A stretch of 64,000 bases of DNA from positions 50,739 to 114,738 of IMG/VR virus record IMGVR_UViG_3300022885_000003; one strand, written 5' to 3'. Source of the stretch: a virus. Under the pieces are notes generated by a model. That model did no database searches and was not told the DNA's origin. It was given only the letters and a program-made list of their open reading frames with translations. This document shows, in pieces, positions 38,079 to 47,398 of the stretch. Each line of letters begins with the position of its first letter. The stretch's first letter is position 1. The position numbers and the translations under genes were made by a program.

Positions 38079-39383
38079 TCAAACCTTATATTTTGATTCA
38101 GCAGCTTCTAATATATTATATTTATATTCATCATACTTATCACGTTTCTTTCTATATTGTCTCTCAAGTTTGAACGCATTTTCAATTGCTGGTAATGATG
38201 AATCTAAATAAATTACGCCATCTCTTTCTTCGGTATATTTTAAATCTTGTATCGACTCGGAGAAATCACTTGCTGATTCCTCTATATCTAATCCATCACC
38301 ATCCCTAGTCACGATCTGCAACGATGCATAAAGAAGCATAGTTTCGGCTCTATTGTTTTCATAATCAATGGAATATAAAAATGCGTTGCCCTTTGCATCA
38401 TTTCCACGGATTAATGAATAACCCATAATATAATCTCTTGCACCCTCAAATGATATTTCGCTTTCGTAAATATCTTTATGATAAACAAGTGCGCCAGATT
38501 CAGTGTCCATAATCAACCAATTTTTGTAATCGTTTACATAATCAGTCTTTGGTTCATCTTTATATTCTGGTCTATCATCTAAATCTTTTATAATTTCCTT
38601 TACTCGACTAGATGATATCTTTCCAGATTTAACCAGTTTTGAATAAGTACCATCTGCTAATGCTTCTCGAACAAACTTGTTCCATACACGCTTTACTTGT
38701 GCAGATCCCGCATATGTGGTCCCACCAGTGTTCTTTTCTGGATAGCGTTCTCTATAAATTTTACCAAGCAATGTACCAAAACCATATGAACGGTATTCTT
38801 GCGCAACACTTACAAGAATTGCACCCCATTCATCTTGTGCAACAGCAACTTTTTGAGCATCGTTATTGAAGATTGCAAAATCGCCATTATCCTCTCTTAT
38901 TTGGAAAGATTGGCCCTTAATTTTAATATTTTGTAGCAGTTTTGAATATTTGCTACGTTGGGCTATTGCTTCTTTTTGCTTGAAATAAGCCATTGGATAC
39001 TTTACATATTTTATGATTAAATCACCGTTAACTAACCGATCTACATCGCGCTTCAATGCCCTGTCATCAAATCCCTTAATAATATATAAAACATTATCCA
39101 CGGTATAACCAATTAATGAATGACTATCCTTTTTGAATACACGCAAATCATTATCATTATGGGATTGAATAATTTCCTTATCCATTGCTTGACCAGCTTG
39201 TGGATCAACAATTTTCCCACCTAAATCAATTCTATTCATTTGGTCCAAATCCCAATTGTAAGCTTCATCTGAATGATGCTTTCCGCCAGGATTCATTACC
39301 TCCCAATATTCTTCCCAAGTCATAAGAGCTGGATTTTGTGGATGGCTTAAAGGAATTTTTTCAAATAATTGATGAAGATACAT
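38079..39383 (-). CDS. Protein with GNAT acetyltransferase-like region, MYLHQLFE leader
   Basis: VSVAQEYRSYGFGTLL (motif A, R-x-x-G-x-G) followed by T.AG...W. Confidence 0.6.
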   Translation of the reverse strand: MYLHQLFEKIPLSHPQNPALMTWEEYWEVMNPGGKHHSDEAYNWDLDQMNRIDLGGKIVDPQAGQAMDKEIIQSHNDNDLRVFKKDSHSLIGYTVDNVLYIIKGFDDRALKRDVDRLVNGDLIIKYVKYPMAYFKQKEAIAQRSKYSKLLQNIKIKGQSFQIREDNGDFAIFNNDAQKVAVAQDEWGAILVSVAQEYRSYGFGTLLGKIYRERYPEKNTGGTTYAGSAQVKRVWNKFVREALADGTYSKLVKSGKISSSRVKEIIKDLDDRPEYKDEPKTDYVNDYKNWLIMDTESGALVYHKDIYESEISFEGARDYIMGYSLIRGNDAKGNAFLYSIDYENNRAETMLLYASLQIVTRDGDGLDIEESASDFSESIQDLKYTEERDGVIYLDSSLPAIENAFKLERQYRKKRDKYDEYKYNILEAAESKYKV

Positions 39384-39385
39384 GA

Positions 39386-40715
39386 TTATTTTTCCTTTTG
39401 GGTTTTTCGAGAAGGAAACGGTTTTTCCTCACGGATTGTAAAATTGGCAACATATGATAACTCATCTGGTGATAATTTATATAGAACATCTTCCAAATCT
39501 ATATGTTCGTACAACCATGGATATATAACGTCATTCACCATAAAATCATTTATCCAAAGCACTTGTTTAGCTTTAAGCATAATCTCCATTTCTGATTCAA
39601 TTGCGGCTGCTAAATCATCATCTCTATAATTCTCTTTAATAAAGTATACTGCATAATCATAATTTAACAATAAACCATCCAAATTCTTACGACGAAGTTT
39701 AAATGTAATATCGAGTTTAGATTTATAATCTTCAACAAAATCGTCACTTCTACGTGGATCATCTAATAGATCCTGAAACCAAGCAATGCTTGATTCCCAG
39801 GTGGGATCGTGTTCTTCTCCATTCTCATCGGCGGATTTTATTTCGTCTTTGTAATCATTAAGCTCATCTTGCCATGTAGCTGCATATTTTTGATATATAT
39901 CACTAAATATCTCGCTTTTATCTTTATCACTAATATCCAACCATTTTTCTGCACTTTTATAATCATTGCTCAGCAATGTGAAGAAATCTTCAACCATTGG
40001 GCTCCAAGTAAAACTAAATTCTCCTAATGGGAAAACCGCGCCAAGGGTACCATATGCTCCTGCTTCTGTCATATCACCAGTGACAAAGAAGTCATCTCGG
40101 TTTGCTTTAAAACCAGCTTCAGAAAATGCTTTTATTAAATCATTGTGTATATTAAGTGGTGTATTCTTGGGGTTGGTTCGAGTTGAAAGATTTTTAATAA
40201 TTCCCATATCCGGGCTTAATATTTTGTTTGATGCTCCATGCCACATAATCTTGCCATTGGTTCGTATTAAGAATTGTTCCATTATATTCCAAATATCTTC
40301 ATCGATGTCCTGTAAATGTGCATAGGCTTCTTGAACCAAGTCATCTTGATCTTCAGTCAATCTTTCTTCAAATAATTCCGAATCATGAACTAAATGTTCC
40401 ACGTCGATAATTTTAGCTTCTGAAACTGAAAATTCTGTTTCCCTATCTTCCAAATTTCCTGTAATTAATTCAGTTGGATCAAATTCTAAAGTAAGAAGAA
40501 CTTCATTCTCAGAAAGCTCAGAATAATATGTTAAAACATATTCTTTATCTAAACTCATATAAATGCCATTACCACGCATTTGAATTGTTTCGCCGACACG
40601 AATAGGAAAGCTCAATCGTTTATTGGCACCTGCTAATAGCACGGCCTGTTTCAGGATCATATGCCATCACCTTATAAGCGATATTTTTTTGGTTATGAAG
40701 TTCTGTTAATTTCAT
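39386..40715 (-). CDS. Tandem ADP-ribosyltransferase-like protein with MKLTEL leader; interrupted by a 1-nt frameshift at about 40631
   Basis: ATG 40715 gives MKLTELHNQKNIAYKVMAYDPETGRAIS, which continues in the +1 frame GANKRLSF...GIYMS...ETEF; second domain WHGA...FFVTGD...EMEIML. Confidence 0.6.
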
Positions 40716-40720
40716 GGTTC

Positions 40721-42052
40721 TTATTCCTTCAATGCAAACACGATATGACCTTCGTCGATAATATCAAAATTTCTTTTGATATAATCATTGCCGTTGGCTA
40801 TCATAATATCCTGTAACAATTCAGCACAATCCATAACATATCTGTCTTCACCATCTATCCATTTTTTATCCAATTCCAATCGATGACTAGTTTTTGGGCT
40901 TAATCCTAATTCCTTCATAGCCGCATTATGAATAAGTTTAGCGGCGTCCCACCAATAAAATGACCCTGTATCGTATGCATATATTCCACGCAATTCTTGA
41001 TATCCGCTTTTATCTGCAAAACGCTTTAATTGTTTATATTCAGGATCAACCATTGCAACTACATCTTCATTACCGATATCCATCTTTTCAATACGATATT
41101 CATCTAGCTTTTCCGATGGCATCAATTTCTTAATTCTACCCTTAAAAATCTGCTGATCACCTTTATTTGTTTTGGCGATTGGTTGATTGTTCTTGTCTTT
41201 CTTAAAGCCCTTAATCTCTGCTTTGCGGTTTTTAAACTTACCAACCATAAGTGTGTCACCAACGTTAAGGGTTGGTAGCTTTAGGCTATCTTCATCTTCA
41301 TTGATGGTTTCTCGGTCTAAAATCTTAATCTGTTTATCAGAGAACGTAACCCATGTCGTTTGATCATCATCTTCTAATTTAAGACCATCATATCCACGTC
41401 CGATAAGCTCATCTGTTCCAAATTTGTCATATTCTTTCCAACCAGCAGGATTTTTAATGTCTAGTTCAGCGGTGATAATTGTACCTTTTGAACTAGCACC
41501 GACTCCTCCTTGCAGAATCAAATCTTTATTATCAGTAAACCATGTCAAAGTACCAATAGCAAATTCGTCATTAAATGAATCAAATGACGCGCCGGTGCCA
41601 TGATATGCAATAATTTTATCGTCCAAGGATTCTTTTAGATTCGAACCGGTGATTTTATCTTCAAATGAATGAACACGTCTCTCAACCTTTGCCACCCATT
41701 CTTTGGACGGACGTTTTCCTTTTGGGCCATCATAATATTGCAAAACTTTTTTTGGGTTGCTCTTGCTCACTAGTGCCCATTTTCCGTTAACCTGCTTTAA
41801 TGTTTCAGTCATGAAGCCTGGTTGTTCCGCTTTATCTAATCGATCATAATAGTCGATAAATTCATCCAAATGATCTAATGAAATTTCTCGAGCTTCTGCT
41901 TCATTATTGGTATGTTCTAGTTCCACCTTAATACCTTTAACAATTTCAGATTCGACCCGAGAAACACTGACACCATGTTTTTTTGCGATTTCCTCTGCTG
42001 ATGGTGTTTGTTTACCAATCAGATCCTTTTCATATAACTCAAATGCTCTCAT
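40721..42052 (-). CDS. Multidomain (polyvalent-like) protein with ART-like domain, MRAFELYE leader
   Basis: KGIKVELEHT...SLDHL.E..DYY domain; AYHGT..F..F...WFTD...GYDG (ART-like); further small domains. Confidence 0.72.
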   Translation of the reverse strand: MRAFELYEKDLIGKQTPSAEEIAKKHGVSVSRVESEIVKGIKVELEHTNNEAEAREISLDHLDEFIDYYDRLDKAEQPGFMTETLKQVNGKWALVSKSNPKKVLQYYDGPKGKRPSKEWVAKVERRVHSFEDKITGSNLKESLDDKIIAYHGTGASFDSFNDEFAIGTLTWFTDNKDLILQGGVGASSKGTIITAELDIKNPAGWKEYDKFGTDELIGRGYDGLKLEDDDQTTWVTFSDKQIKILDRETINEDEDSLKLPTLNVGDTLMVGKFKNRKAEIKGFKKDKNNQPIAKTNKGDQQIFKGRIKKLMPSEKLDEYRIEKMDIGNEDVVAMVDPEYKQLKRFADKSGYQELRGIYAYDTGSFYWWDAAKLIHNAAMKELGLSPKTSHRLELDKKWIDGEDRYVMDCAELLQDIMIANGNDYIKRNFDIIDEGHIVFALKE

Positions 42053-43146
42053 TGTTTTTCTTTCCTCGTTTCCTTCATATCATTTATTATCTCGGATACA
42101 AGCCTAGGTGGTATGTTAAACATTTGGGCGGTTTTATTTATTGATGAATTCTCACCCTTTTTCTCTAAATGCATTACCATATCAAAAATCCTTTTCTTTG
42201 TACCATATGATAATATATTCTTCTTAAATGAACGAGTAATTGCTGGTATACTCCACTCATCAACCGTTGATTTACGGTTGTCTTTAAGGAATTTTCTTAT
42301 TTCATGCTTACCATCTAATGTTTCGTAATTATTCTTCTCATCCGATACGTGATATGATTCACCACTTCGGTTATTGGTTATCAACCAACGCAATGCTTTT
42401 GCAACATCATGTAATGTCTTACCTTGTAAAATTGCTTGACCACTTGCATCATGATATCTTACCCATCCTTTATCAAATAATATTCTACCAACTGGGCTAT
42501 CAGGGTCGGTGGATTTAACATCTTCTAGTGACACGTTGTCAAATATTTTACCACTTAACCCCATCTTTTCTGGATGATCATACGCAAATTTTATATGGTG
42601 CGTTTCATTAGAATTTAAAGGAATGACCTTTGCATTTTTTGGATCGTTGGTCGGATTAATCCATAGTTTTTCATCGGCTATTGATTTAATGTGTGCTTCT
42701 CGAAACTGGGAAACCGAACTACGGTCTTTTTCTGGAAATCTACCATATCGTAGCCAATAATCCATGTCATACCCTTTTAGCTCAATCCAACTACGACTGG
42801 AAAACTCTTCATAAAAGGTATCAAATAAAATTGCTTCAAGTGGATAGATTTTATTGATTTGGCGTGCGGCTTTTAGGATTATCTCATTGCTATCGCCCTG
42901 CATAGATAGCGCAGTTGTTCCATCTCGAGACAACTCCATATTGCAACGGATCCATCCCATGTCACCAACAACTTCCATAAGAGTAGAACTCCAACCACCG
43001 ATTTGAGTGATCGTATCTTGATCCAAATCAAATAGTTCTGGATGATCTTTGACAATCTGAAAATGTTCTTGGTTTCGGGCCGGTATAATTCTGTTATCTT
43101 CTGAAAGATTTGGATTATACCAAAAACTTCTGGGTAGCTCAGTCAT
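42049..43146 (-). CDS. Protein with two W-x-N-P...H...GW(I/V)R domains
   Basis: FWYNP...EHFQI...GWIR and LWINP...HHIKF...GWVR. Confidence 0.72.
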   Translation of the reverse strand: MTELPRSFWYNPNLSEDNRIIPARNQEHFQIVKDHPELFDLDQDTITQIGGWSSTLMEVVGDMGWIRCNMELSRDGTTALSMQGDSNEIILKAARQINKIYPLEAILFDTFYEEFSSRSWIELKGYDMDYWLRYGRFPEKDRSSVSQFREAHIKSIADEKLWINPTNDPKNAKVIPLNSNETHHIKFAYDHPEKMGLSGKIFDNVSLEDVKSTDPDSPVGRILFDKGWVRYHDASGQAILQGKTLHDVAKALRWLITNNRSGESYHVSDEKNNYETLDGKHEIRKFLKDNRKSTVDEWSIPAITRSFKKNILSYGTKKRIFDMVMHLEKKGENSSINKTAQMFNIPPRLVSEIINDMKETRKEKQ

Positions 43147-43168
43147 AAATATCCCCTTTGTTATATAT

Positions 43169-43176
43169 TATTTATA
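43169..43176 (-). promoter_or_regulatory. Late promoter TATAAATA
   Basis: Exact T4 late consensus on the minus strand, upstream of 43146. Confidence 0.7.
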
Positions 43177-43203
43177 ATTTCAGGGAGGAGAGGTGTTAGG
43201 AAA

Positions 43204-44295
43204 TTATTTGGTTATCTTTGCAGCCAATTTCGCCGAATCCCACATGCTTGGTGGATTGCCATCCTTATCAAGTTTATTGCCGAATTTAGCTGCTTGGCGC
43301 TGTGTTTCGCCTTGTTTAACATCGACTGTGGTGTTAACACCAGGGACAATTAAACCATCTTCCATAATAACCGTAACATTATCAAATGTCAATTTAAAAT
43401 CTAAAACAAAATTTTCAGCATTCTGTTCATTATTAAACAATAATATTGCAATATTTGGTAATGGTGCATTATGATCTGGTGCAATGCCATCGAGATCAAT
43501 ATCATAATAACCCGGATCAATAGCAATACCATCGCTAGTTGCTGTAATAACAACGGATGGGTGTGAGCCTTTAATTACATTACGTAATATTCCATAATCA
43601 TCACGATAATCATCAATCCAATTATTAATTTCGGCATATTCGTTCTGAAATATTTCATTAATCTGAATATCTATCAAGCGTTTTTCAGATTCTGATAGCA
43701 TATTACTATATGCATTATTTGGCGCCCATTCCAATAGATCTTTTATTGAAGTATTATCTATTTGTTTAGACATTGCGCGAAAAAGGCTACCTTTTTTTTT
43801 AGTAAACTTAATTTCTTCTTTCAACGGTTTTGGTGACCAATCGCTGTTAAATGGTCTTATAAATTCATCGGCAAACTCTAGATCAAGGTTCCATTCTGGT
43901 AGATCCTCTACATCGCCGGAAAAATCATAACTTAAACTCAAATGCGGGATATATTCAGGGAAATCGTATTTAATATCGTTCTTATCTTTAATTTCCGTAT
44001 GACGCTTTGATAGAGCTGGTTCTGCGAAAGCAACAACTAACACATTATTATCTTCGCCAAAGAGTTTATACTCACAATCTTTAGCCTTTATTTTAAGAGC
44101 TGGATCATATGATTCAGGTGCTTCCGAAAATGTCTTTTCTTTATCAATGATAATAGTTGTGTGGAAATCATCATGCACATTTTCAATTTTATTCTTTTTA
44201 CACCATTCTACAATTTTATCATTGCATTCATCGGTGGGATTCATTCCCATAAATGTTCCTGAAGTTTTACCTTCTAATAGTTCTTGATATCTCAT
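43204..44295 (-). CDS. acb1: 2H phosphoesterase (anti-CBASS Acb1 / T4 57B-like) fused to further domains; MRYQELLE leader
   Basis: FHTTI and YIPHLSLSY (HxT/HxS), DFPEYIPH; GAGGGAG SD before ATG 44295. Confidence 0.72.
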   Translation of the reverse strand: MRYQELLEGKTSGTFMGMNPTDECNDKIVEWCKKNKIENVHDDFHTTIIIDKEKTFSEAPESYDPALKIKAKDCEYKLFGEDNNVLVVAFAEPALSKRHTEIKDKNDIKYDFPEYIPHLSLSYDFSGDVEDLPEWNLDLEFADEFIRPFNSDWSPKPLKEEIKFTKKKGSLFRAMSKQIDNTSIKDLLEWAPNNAYSNMLSESEKRLIDIQINEIFQNEYAEINNWIDDYRDDYGILRNVIKGSHPSVVITATSDGIAIDPGYYDIDLDGIAPDHNAPLPNIAILLFNNEQNAENFVLDFKLTFDNVTVIMEDGLIVPGVNTTVDVKQGETQRQAAKFGNKLDKDGNPPSMWDSAKLAAKITK

Positions 44296-44311
44296 ATTAA
44301 TCTCCCTCGAA

Positions 44312-44653
44312 CTATTTAGTAGCTCGGCGATTAATAAGATTTTGTATCTGATGCCATGCTTTCGACGCCTCATTGTGGTTTAAATCGAAGAACCCTCTCA
44401 TCACTTCTTGAACATCTTCCCCACGGTTTACTAATTCAATGGTAATTCTATCTCGGGCAGGTTCCCATTCATCTAGTTTATCAGCGAACGGACACGAATA
44501 CGATAAGACACCAATCATATAATCAGTTAAATCATCATCTTTGATGTTTCGCAAAAGTTCGTTGAGGTTATCGAGTTGGTTAGCTGTCATCATATTATGA
44601 ATTACAGTGCATAAATTGGCTAACTCTCGATCAGTCATAGTTTGTTCTGTCAT
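44312..44653 (-). CDS. Hypothetical protein
   Basis: 113-aa helical ORF in operon. Confidence 0.7.
   Translation of the reverse strand: MTEQTMTDRELANLCTVIHNMMTANQLDNLNELLRNIKDDDLTDYMIGVLSYSCPFADKLDEWEPARDRITIELVNRGEDVQEVMRGFFDLNHNEASKAWHQIQNLINRRATK
44313..44318 (-). promoter_or_regulatory. Late promoter TAAATA heading the 35.5-44.3 kb block
   Basis: TAAATA 17 nt upstream of ATG 44295. Confidence 0.6.
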
Positions 44654-44656
44654 ATC

Positions 44657-44869
44657 TTAATTAATTTTCTGGTATAACCAGCCAAAAAATCCAGTAACGC
44701 TGCCGAGATAAAATGCGCCCACAGACAATGCAATGACCACAATAAACCAAAACCATCCCATAATCATGGATACAAATGACCCAATAAGTAATCCAATAGC
44801 GATAAGGATTATCGGCAATCGCCAACCCTTTGGGATCTTATAGAAAATACTCAATAAAAATTCTACCAT
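44657..44869 (-). CDS. Small membrane protein (2 TM)
   Basis: GAGG SD; long hydrophobic stretches. Confidence 0.7.
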   Translation of the reverse strand: MVEFLLSIFYKIPKGWRLPIILIAIGLLIGSFVSMIMGWFWFIVVIALSVGAFYLGSVTGFFGWLYQKIN

Positions 44870-44870
44870 G

Positions 44871-45617
44871 TTATTCCTCTGTATCGATTGCAACCCTACC
44901 GGATCCAATCTCATCTAGATAAACTGTTGATTCTGGATTATCCGCTGCCAACTTAGCCATTGCTCGAGTTGGTGTAAAAGAAGGCCAATCATCTTCGAAT
45001 ATGTAGGCTGCAAAATGCGTATGCGTTCCGCCACCACCTGTACCTGTATGTATACAACTATTCCCGAATAACCCCGATCCAACATAAACCGTATGACTAA
45101 AATTCCTTTGCCCTTTCTTGCTTGAAGGAGCAATCATTGTAACATCGCATGTATCGAAATGTATATCAAGCGTACCACGCCATCCCGGATACGAGGTTGG
45201 CAAATCACCACGCTTCCCGGCCCAATTTCTTGCGCCATCCTTTGGGCAATGATGTGAATTACTAACTCGGGGACTATATAGTGCGCCGATCGTTATATCC
45301 AATATTTTGGGAATTTTAACAGTCCATTTGAGATTAATAGCCTTGATCAACTTCCTAAAGGTTTCATTGTTCTCACGCAAGATTGCCTGCATAACAAACG
45401 CTTCTTGATTTTCTATCATGTACTCAAGAACGTCTTGGATACACAACTGTTCTCGAGCAACTTTCGTAATTTCCGACAACTCTTTAAGAGTTTTTCGATA
45501 ATGGCGGCTTGATATCTTACCAGCAGCCAACTCCCGGAGATGCTTCCTATATTCGGGTTTGCTTTCAAAATAGCATTTCTTATGGTAATCACACTTCCAA
45601 ATTTCAATTTTTGACAT
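44871..45617 (-). CDS. Hypothetical protein
   Basis: SNSHHCP..G..NW...YPGWRG...HTGTGGG motif; promoter TTGACA-16-TATAAT at about 45648-45675. Confidence 0.75.
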   Translation of the reverse strand: MSKIEIWKCDYHKKCYFESKPEYRKHLRELAAGKISSRHYRKTLKELSEITKVAREQLCIQDVLEYMIENQEAFVMQAILRENNETFRKLIKAINLKWTVKIPKILDITIGALYSPRVSNSHHCPKDGARNWAGKRGDLPTSYPGWRGTLDIHFDTCDVTMIAPSSKKGQRNFSHTVYVGSGLFGNSCIHTGTGGGGTHTHFAAYIFEDDWPSFTPTRAMAKLAADNPESTVYLDEIGSGRVAIDTEE

Positions 45618-45676
45618 AGTATGTCCAATCTTTATTCCAATGCAAATATTATAACACTGGAACAAGGATTGTCAAA

Positions 45677-46501
45677 TTATTTTTTCTCGAAGGCGCCACG
45701 TGTTTGACCACAAGCTGCGCCAACCTTCGACCCATCAGTTGCGTGATATTCGACTGTTAATCCGTACCAACGCAATTGACCAACGAACCATTCATAGTTT
45801 GAAGACGCTTTGAATTTGTCGTTTTCAATTGGATTGTATCGACTGATCTTGATATATTCATTCCTAAATACATCGACGATGGCTTCAACGTCATCGATTT
45901 GATCATTCACTCCTTGGATGAGCGCAAAGTTCAACTCCACTGGTCCATCATTGTGTGCATGATAATAATCAATTGCTTTTTTAATTTCAGAAATTGGCTT
46001 AGCCAGTGGCATAAACCAGGAACGAACATCTTCATACATTGAATGAATTGATACTTGAAGTTTAAACGGAGCCCCAAAATCTTCATGCGCTAGTTCTTTA
46101 ATTCTCTCTGGGGCAGCACCTGAAGTCGACAAACTAAACTTTGCATCATCGTATGTCTGAGAAATTTCATGCAATGCAGCAATAACATTCTTGTAATTGA
46201 GCAAGGGCTCTCCCTCTCCCATTACGGAGAACAGCATCGGCTTATCATACGAAAGTTCTGTATCATAGGTTGCTCGCATGTGAGCAACTTGATGAAGAAT
46301 TTCATCCTTGGTAAGATTTATTGTACGACCCGGGCCTGGGCTCGCACAGAAAACACAACCCACAGCGCAATTGAGCTGGGTTGAAAAGCAAATTACACGC
46401 TTTTCGGGGCGATTGAAATAAATGGCCTCAGCCATTCTCCCTGAGCTAACTTGAATGAGGTCTTTTTGGACGGGTGCCTCTCCCATTGGTATTTGTTCCA
46501 T
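45677..46501 (-). CDS. RlmN/Cfr-family radical SAM RNA methyltransferase-like
   Basis: ICFSTQ.NCAVGCVFC (CxxxCxxC plus upstream Cys), MGEGEP, STSG, SIH, AACGQ. Confidence 0.85.
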   Translation of the reverse strand: MEQIPMGEAPVQKDLIQVSSGRMAEAIYFNRPEKRVICFSTQLNCAVGCVFCASPGPGRTINLTKDEILHQVAHMRATYDTELSYDKPMLFSVMGEGEPLLNYKNVIAALHEISQTYDDAKFSLSTSGAAPERIKELAHEDFGAPFKLQVSIHSMYEDVRSWFMPLAKPISEIKKAIDYYHAHNDGPVELNFALIQGVNDQIDDVEAIVDVFRNEYIKISRYNPIENDKFKASSNYEWFVGQLRWYGLTVEYHATDGSKVGAACGQTRGAFEKK

Positions 46502-46511
46502 TTAATCCTCC

Positions 46512-46844
46512 TTATTTCGAATCCAATGATAATTTTAACATTATTGCGGTATCTCGATCCTTAACAAATAACGACGCTCTCTTATCACTCATATGAAGTT
46601 TACGGGTATCCCAATCAATGGCAAATTCGCCGACATTATCGCGCAACCATTTACAAACTTCCATATTATGACGAACATTGACAAGAACCGGACAATTAAC
46701 TATTCCAGCTTCTTCCCGTTCATTATATTCGTCACGAACTTTATCATAACATTCATTGCTCTCGCAATTTTTAGGATGATAATCTCTTCTCATCAAATAA
46801 TATAGATCTCGTGAAGTTTTAGTCTTATAATCATCTTCTCGCAT
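46512..46844 (-). CDS. Hypothetical protein, DA-x-x-FKL module family
   Basis: KWLRDNVGEF..DW...LFVKDRDTAIMLKL. Confidence 0.75.
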   Translation of the reverse strand: MREDDYKTKTSRDLYYLMRRDYHPKNCESNECYDKVRDEYNEREEAGIVNCPVLVNVRHNMEVCKWLRDNVGEFAIDWDTRKLHMSDKRASLFVKDRDTAIMLKLSLDSK

Positions 46845-47398
46845 TATGCAACTCCGATCTCGCCAGCCATTACCAACTTTGTCAATACGGCGTTCTCCTT
46901 CGTATCAACGAATATTACTTCATTGCGAACATGCCAGTTTAGACCATATTCACCAATGTTCTCTTTGAGCCAGTCCAGCGATTCCTTAGAAACATATCTG
47001 TCATCACATAACGCCGGATAATAGACTGTTCCGATACCATTACCAAGTTCGATCTGACAATTCTTTTGCCCTAGTTTGTCAATAGCCACTTCCAATAGCT
47101 GCTTACAATACTTCCCAATTCGAGACGTATTCGAACCCTTCCGGCACGGTTTCTGCCAATACGCAATTTGCTTTTCCGTCAAAAATCCCCGATTCTTATA
47201 GAACTTGGCCATGCCAGTCCCTTTCTTGGCATCATTAACAGCAAAACCCTCCGAATTGGCAAATCGGGTAATTTCCACTGTCGCCTCATAATGCGTTTGT
47301 CGATTCAATAAATGAACCAATGCTCGACCAACCGCGTGCATTCCAACTTCGTCTTTCCGGTCTAAAACGTTTTTAATAGTGTCAACTGTCGGCAACAT
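46844..47398 (-). CDS. Two-domain protein ending in DA-x-x-FKL module
   Basis: DWLKENIGEYG.NW...IFVDTKENAVLTKL; AGGAG SD; TTGACA-17-TATAAT upstream. Confidence 0.78.
   Translation of the reverse strand: MLPTVDTIKNVLDRKDEVGMHAVGRALVHLLNRQTHYEATVEITRFANSEGFAVNDAKKGTGMAKFYKNRGFLTEKQIAYWQKPCRKGSNTSRIGKYCKQLLEVAIDKLGQKNCQIELGNGIGTVYYPALCDDRYVSKESLDWLKENIGEYGLNWHVRNEVIFVDTKENAVLTKLVMAGEIGVA

Noticed and set aside
43330-43460. LLFNNEQNAENFVLDFKLTF in the Acb1-like fusion as a member of the module family
   Set aside because: Internal position and different spacing; not counted without an alignment.
44657-44869. Holin
   Set aside because: Hydrophobic, but in an early-promoter operon 11 kb from the amidase; no specific evidence.
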